A stretch of 64,000 bases of DNA from Eledone cirrhosa (lineage: Eukaryota): contig OZ024740.1 of NCBI GenBank assembly GCA_964016885.1, positions 103,168,001 through 103,232,000 of the forward strand, read 5' to 3'. The position numbers and the translations under genes are program-made. Below are positions 63,593 to 64,000 of this stretch, piece after piece. The notes beneath the pieces were generated by a model, which saw nothing but the letters and a program-made list of their open reading frames with translations, searched no databases and had not been told where the DNA came from. Positions within the stretch are counted from its first letter, which is position 1. Each line of letters begins with the position of its first letter.

Positions 63593-64000
63593 TATATAAT
63601 GGATATAGTATATCTATTTCTTGCTTAGTCCCTAGATTAAGCCTGATCAAATAAATAACTTTGACCATATTTTTACATTTTATTCAAACACAGTGTATTT
63701 AGAACTACTTTATCCAATGTATTTTTTCTTTGTTAAGATAGTCAAATGTAATTTGAGAAAGAGTTGGCTGTTATTTTGCAATGTAACCAGCTATATAGAG
63801 GCTTCTTTCTTGGTTCATAATATACTGGGTTGAAACATGTAGTTATACCTTCCTTCCTCTTCAGATTTGTGCGGCTTTCTGCCAGAATGAGATTCATCAT
63901 CATCGTTTAATGTCTATTTTCCATGCTAGCATGGGTTAGACGGGTCATCCCGTTTGAGACAAGTTGGGTCAGGTGACCATGTATTGCTCATACAGAACTG

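Overview
Eukaryotic, repeat-dominated genomic DNA. The (ATT)n, (ATG)n and (TA)n tails and the SINE/LINE families suggest a cephalopod, probably octopus (inference). The only host gene I can support is a plus-strand gelsolin/severin-like gene: 8 exons from 40950 to 62219, continuing beyond the window, with 5' exons not found. It has two anomalies, a 1-nt frameshift at the start of one exon and an AT in place of GT at the homology-expected donor of another. The rest is mostly decayed transposons: RTE/BovB and PHD-finger RTE LINEs, CR1-like fragments, an L1/Tx1-like LINE with its RT deleted in frame, a Gypsy-like LTR element with a TSD, a non-autonomous LTR element with chimeric LTRs, a Penelope relic, Helitron pieces, two tRNA-SINE families and mariner/pogo MITEs, plus satellites. 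Highlights: (i) several minimal type-I hammerhead ribozymes, including a divergently oriented pair in a ~790-bp palindrome; (ii) a possibly A-to-I-editing-dependent AT donor in the gelsolin gene; (iii) an 11-kb composite block where a foldback-like unit around telomere-like repeats shares sequence with a ~900-bp satellite and sits among three duplicated acidic exon-like modules. Coordinates were counted by eye; repeat boundaries are approximate.
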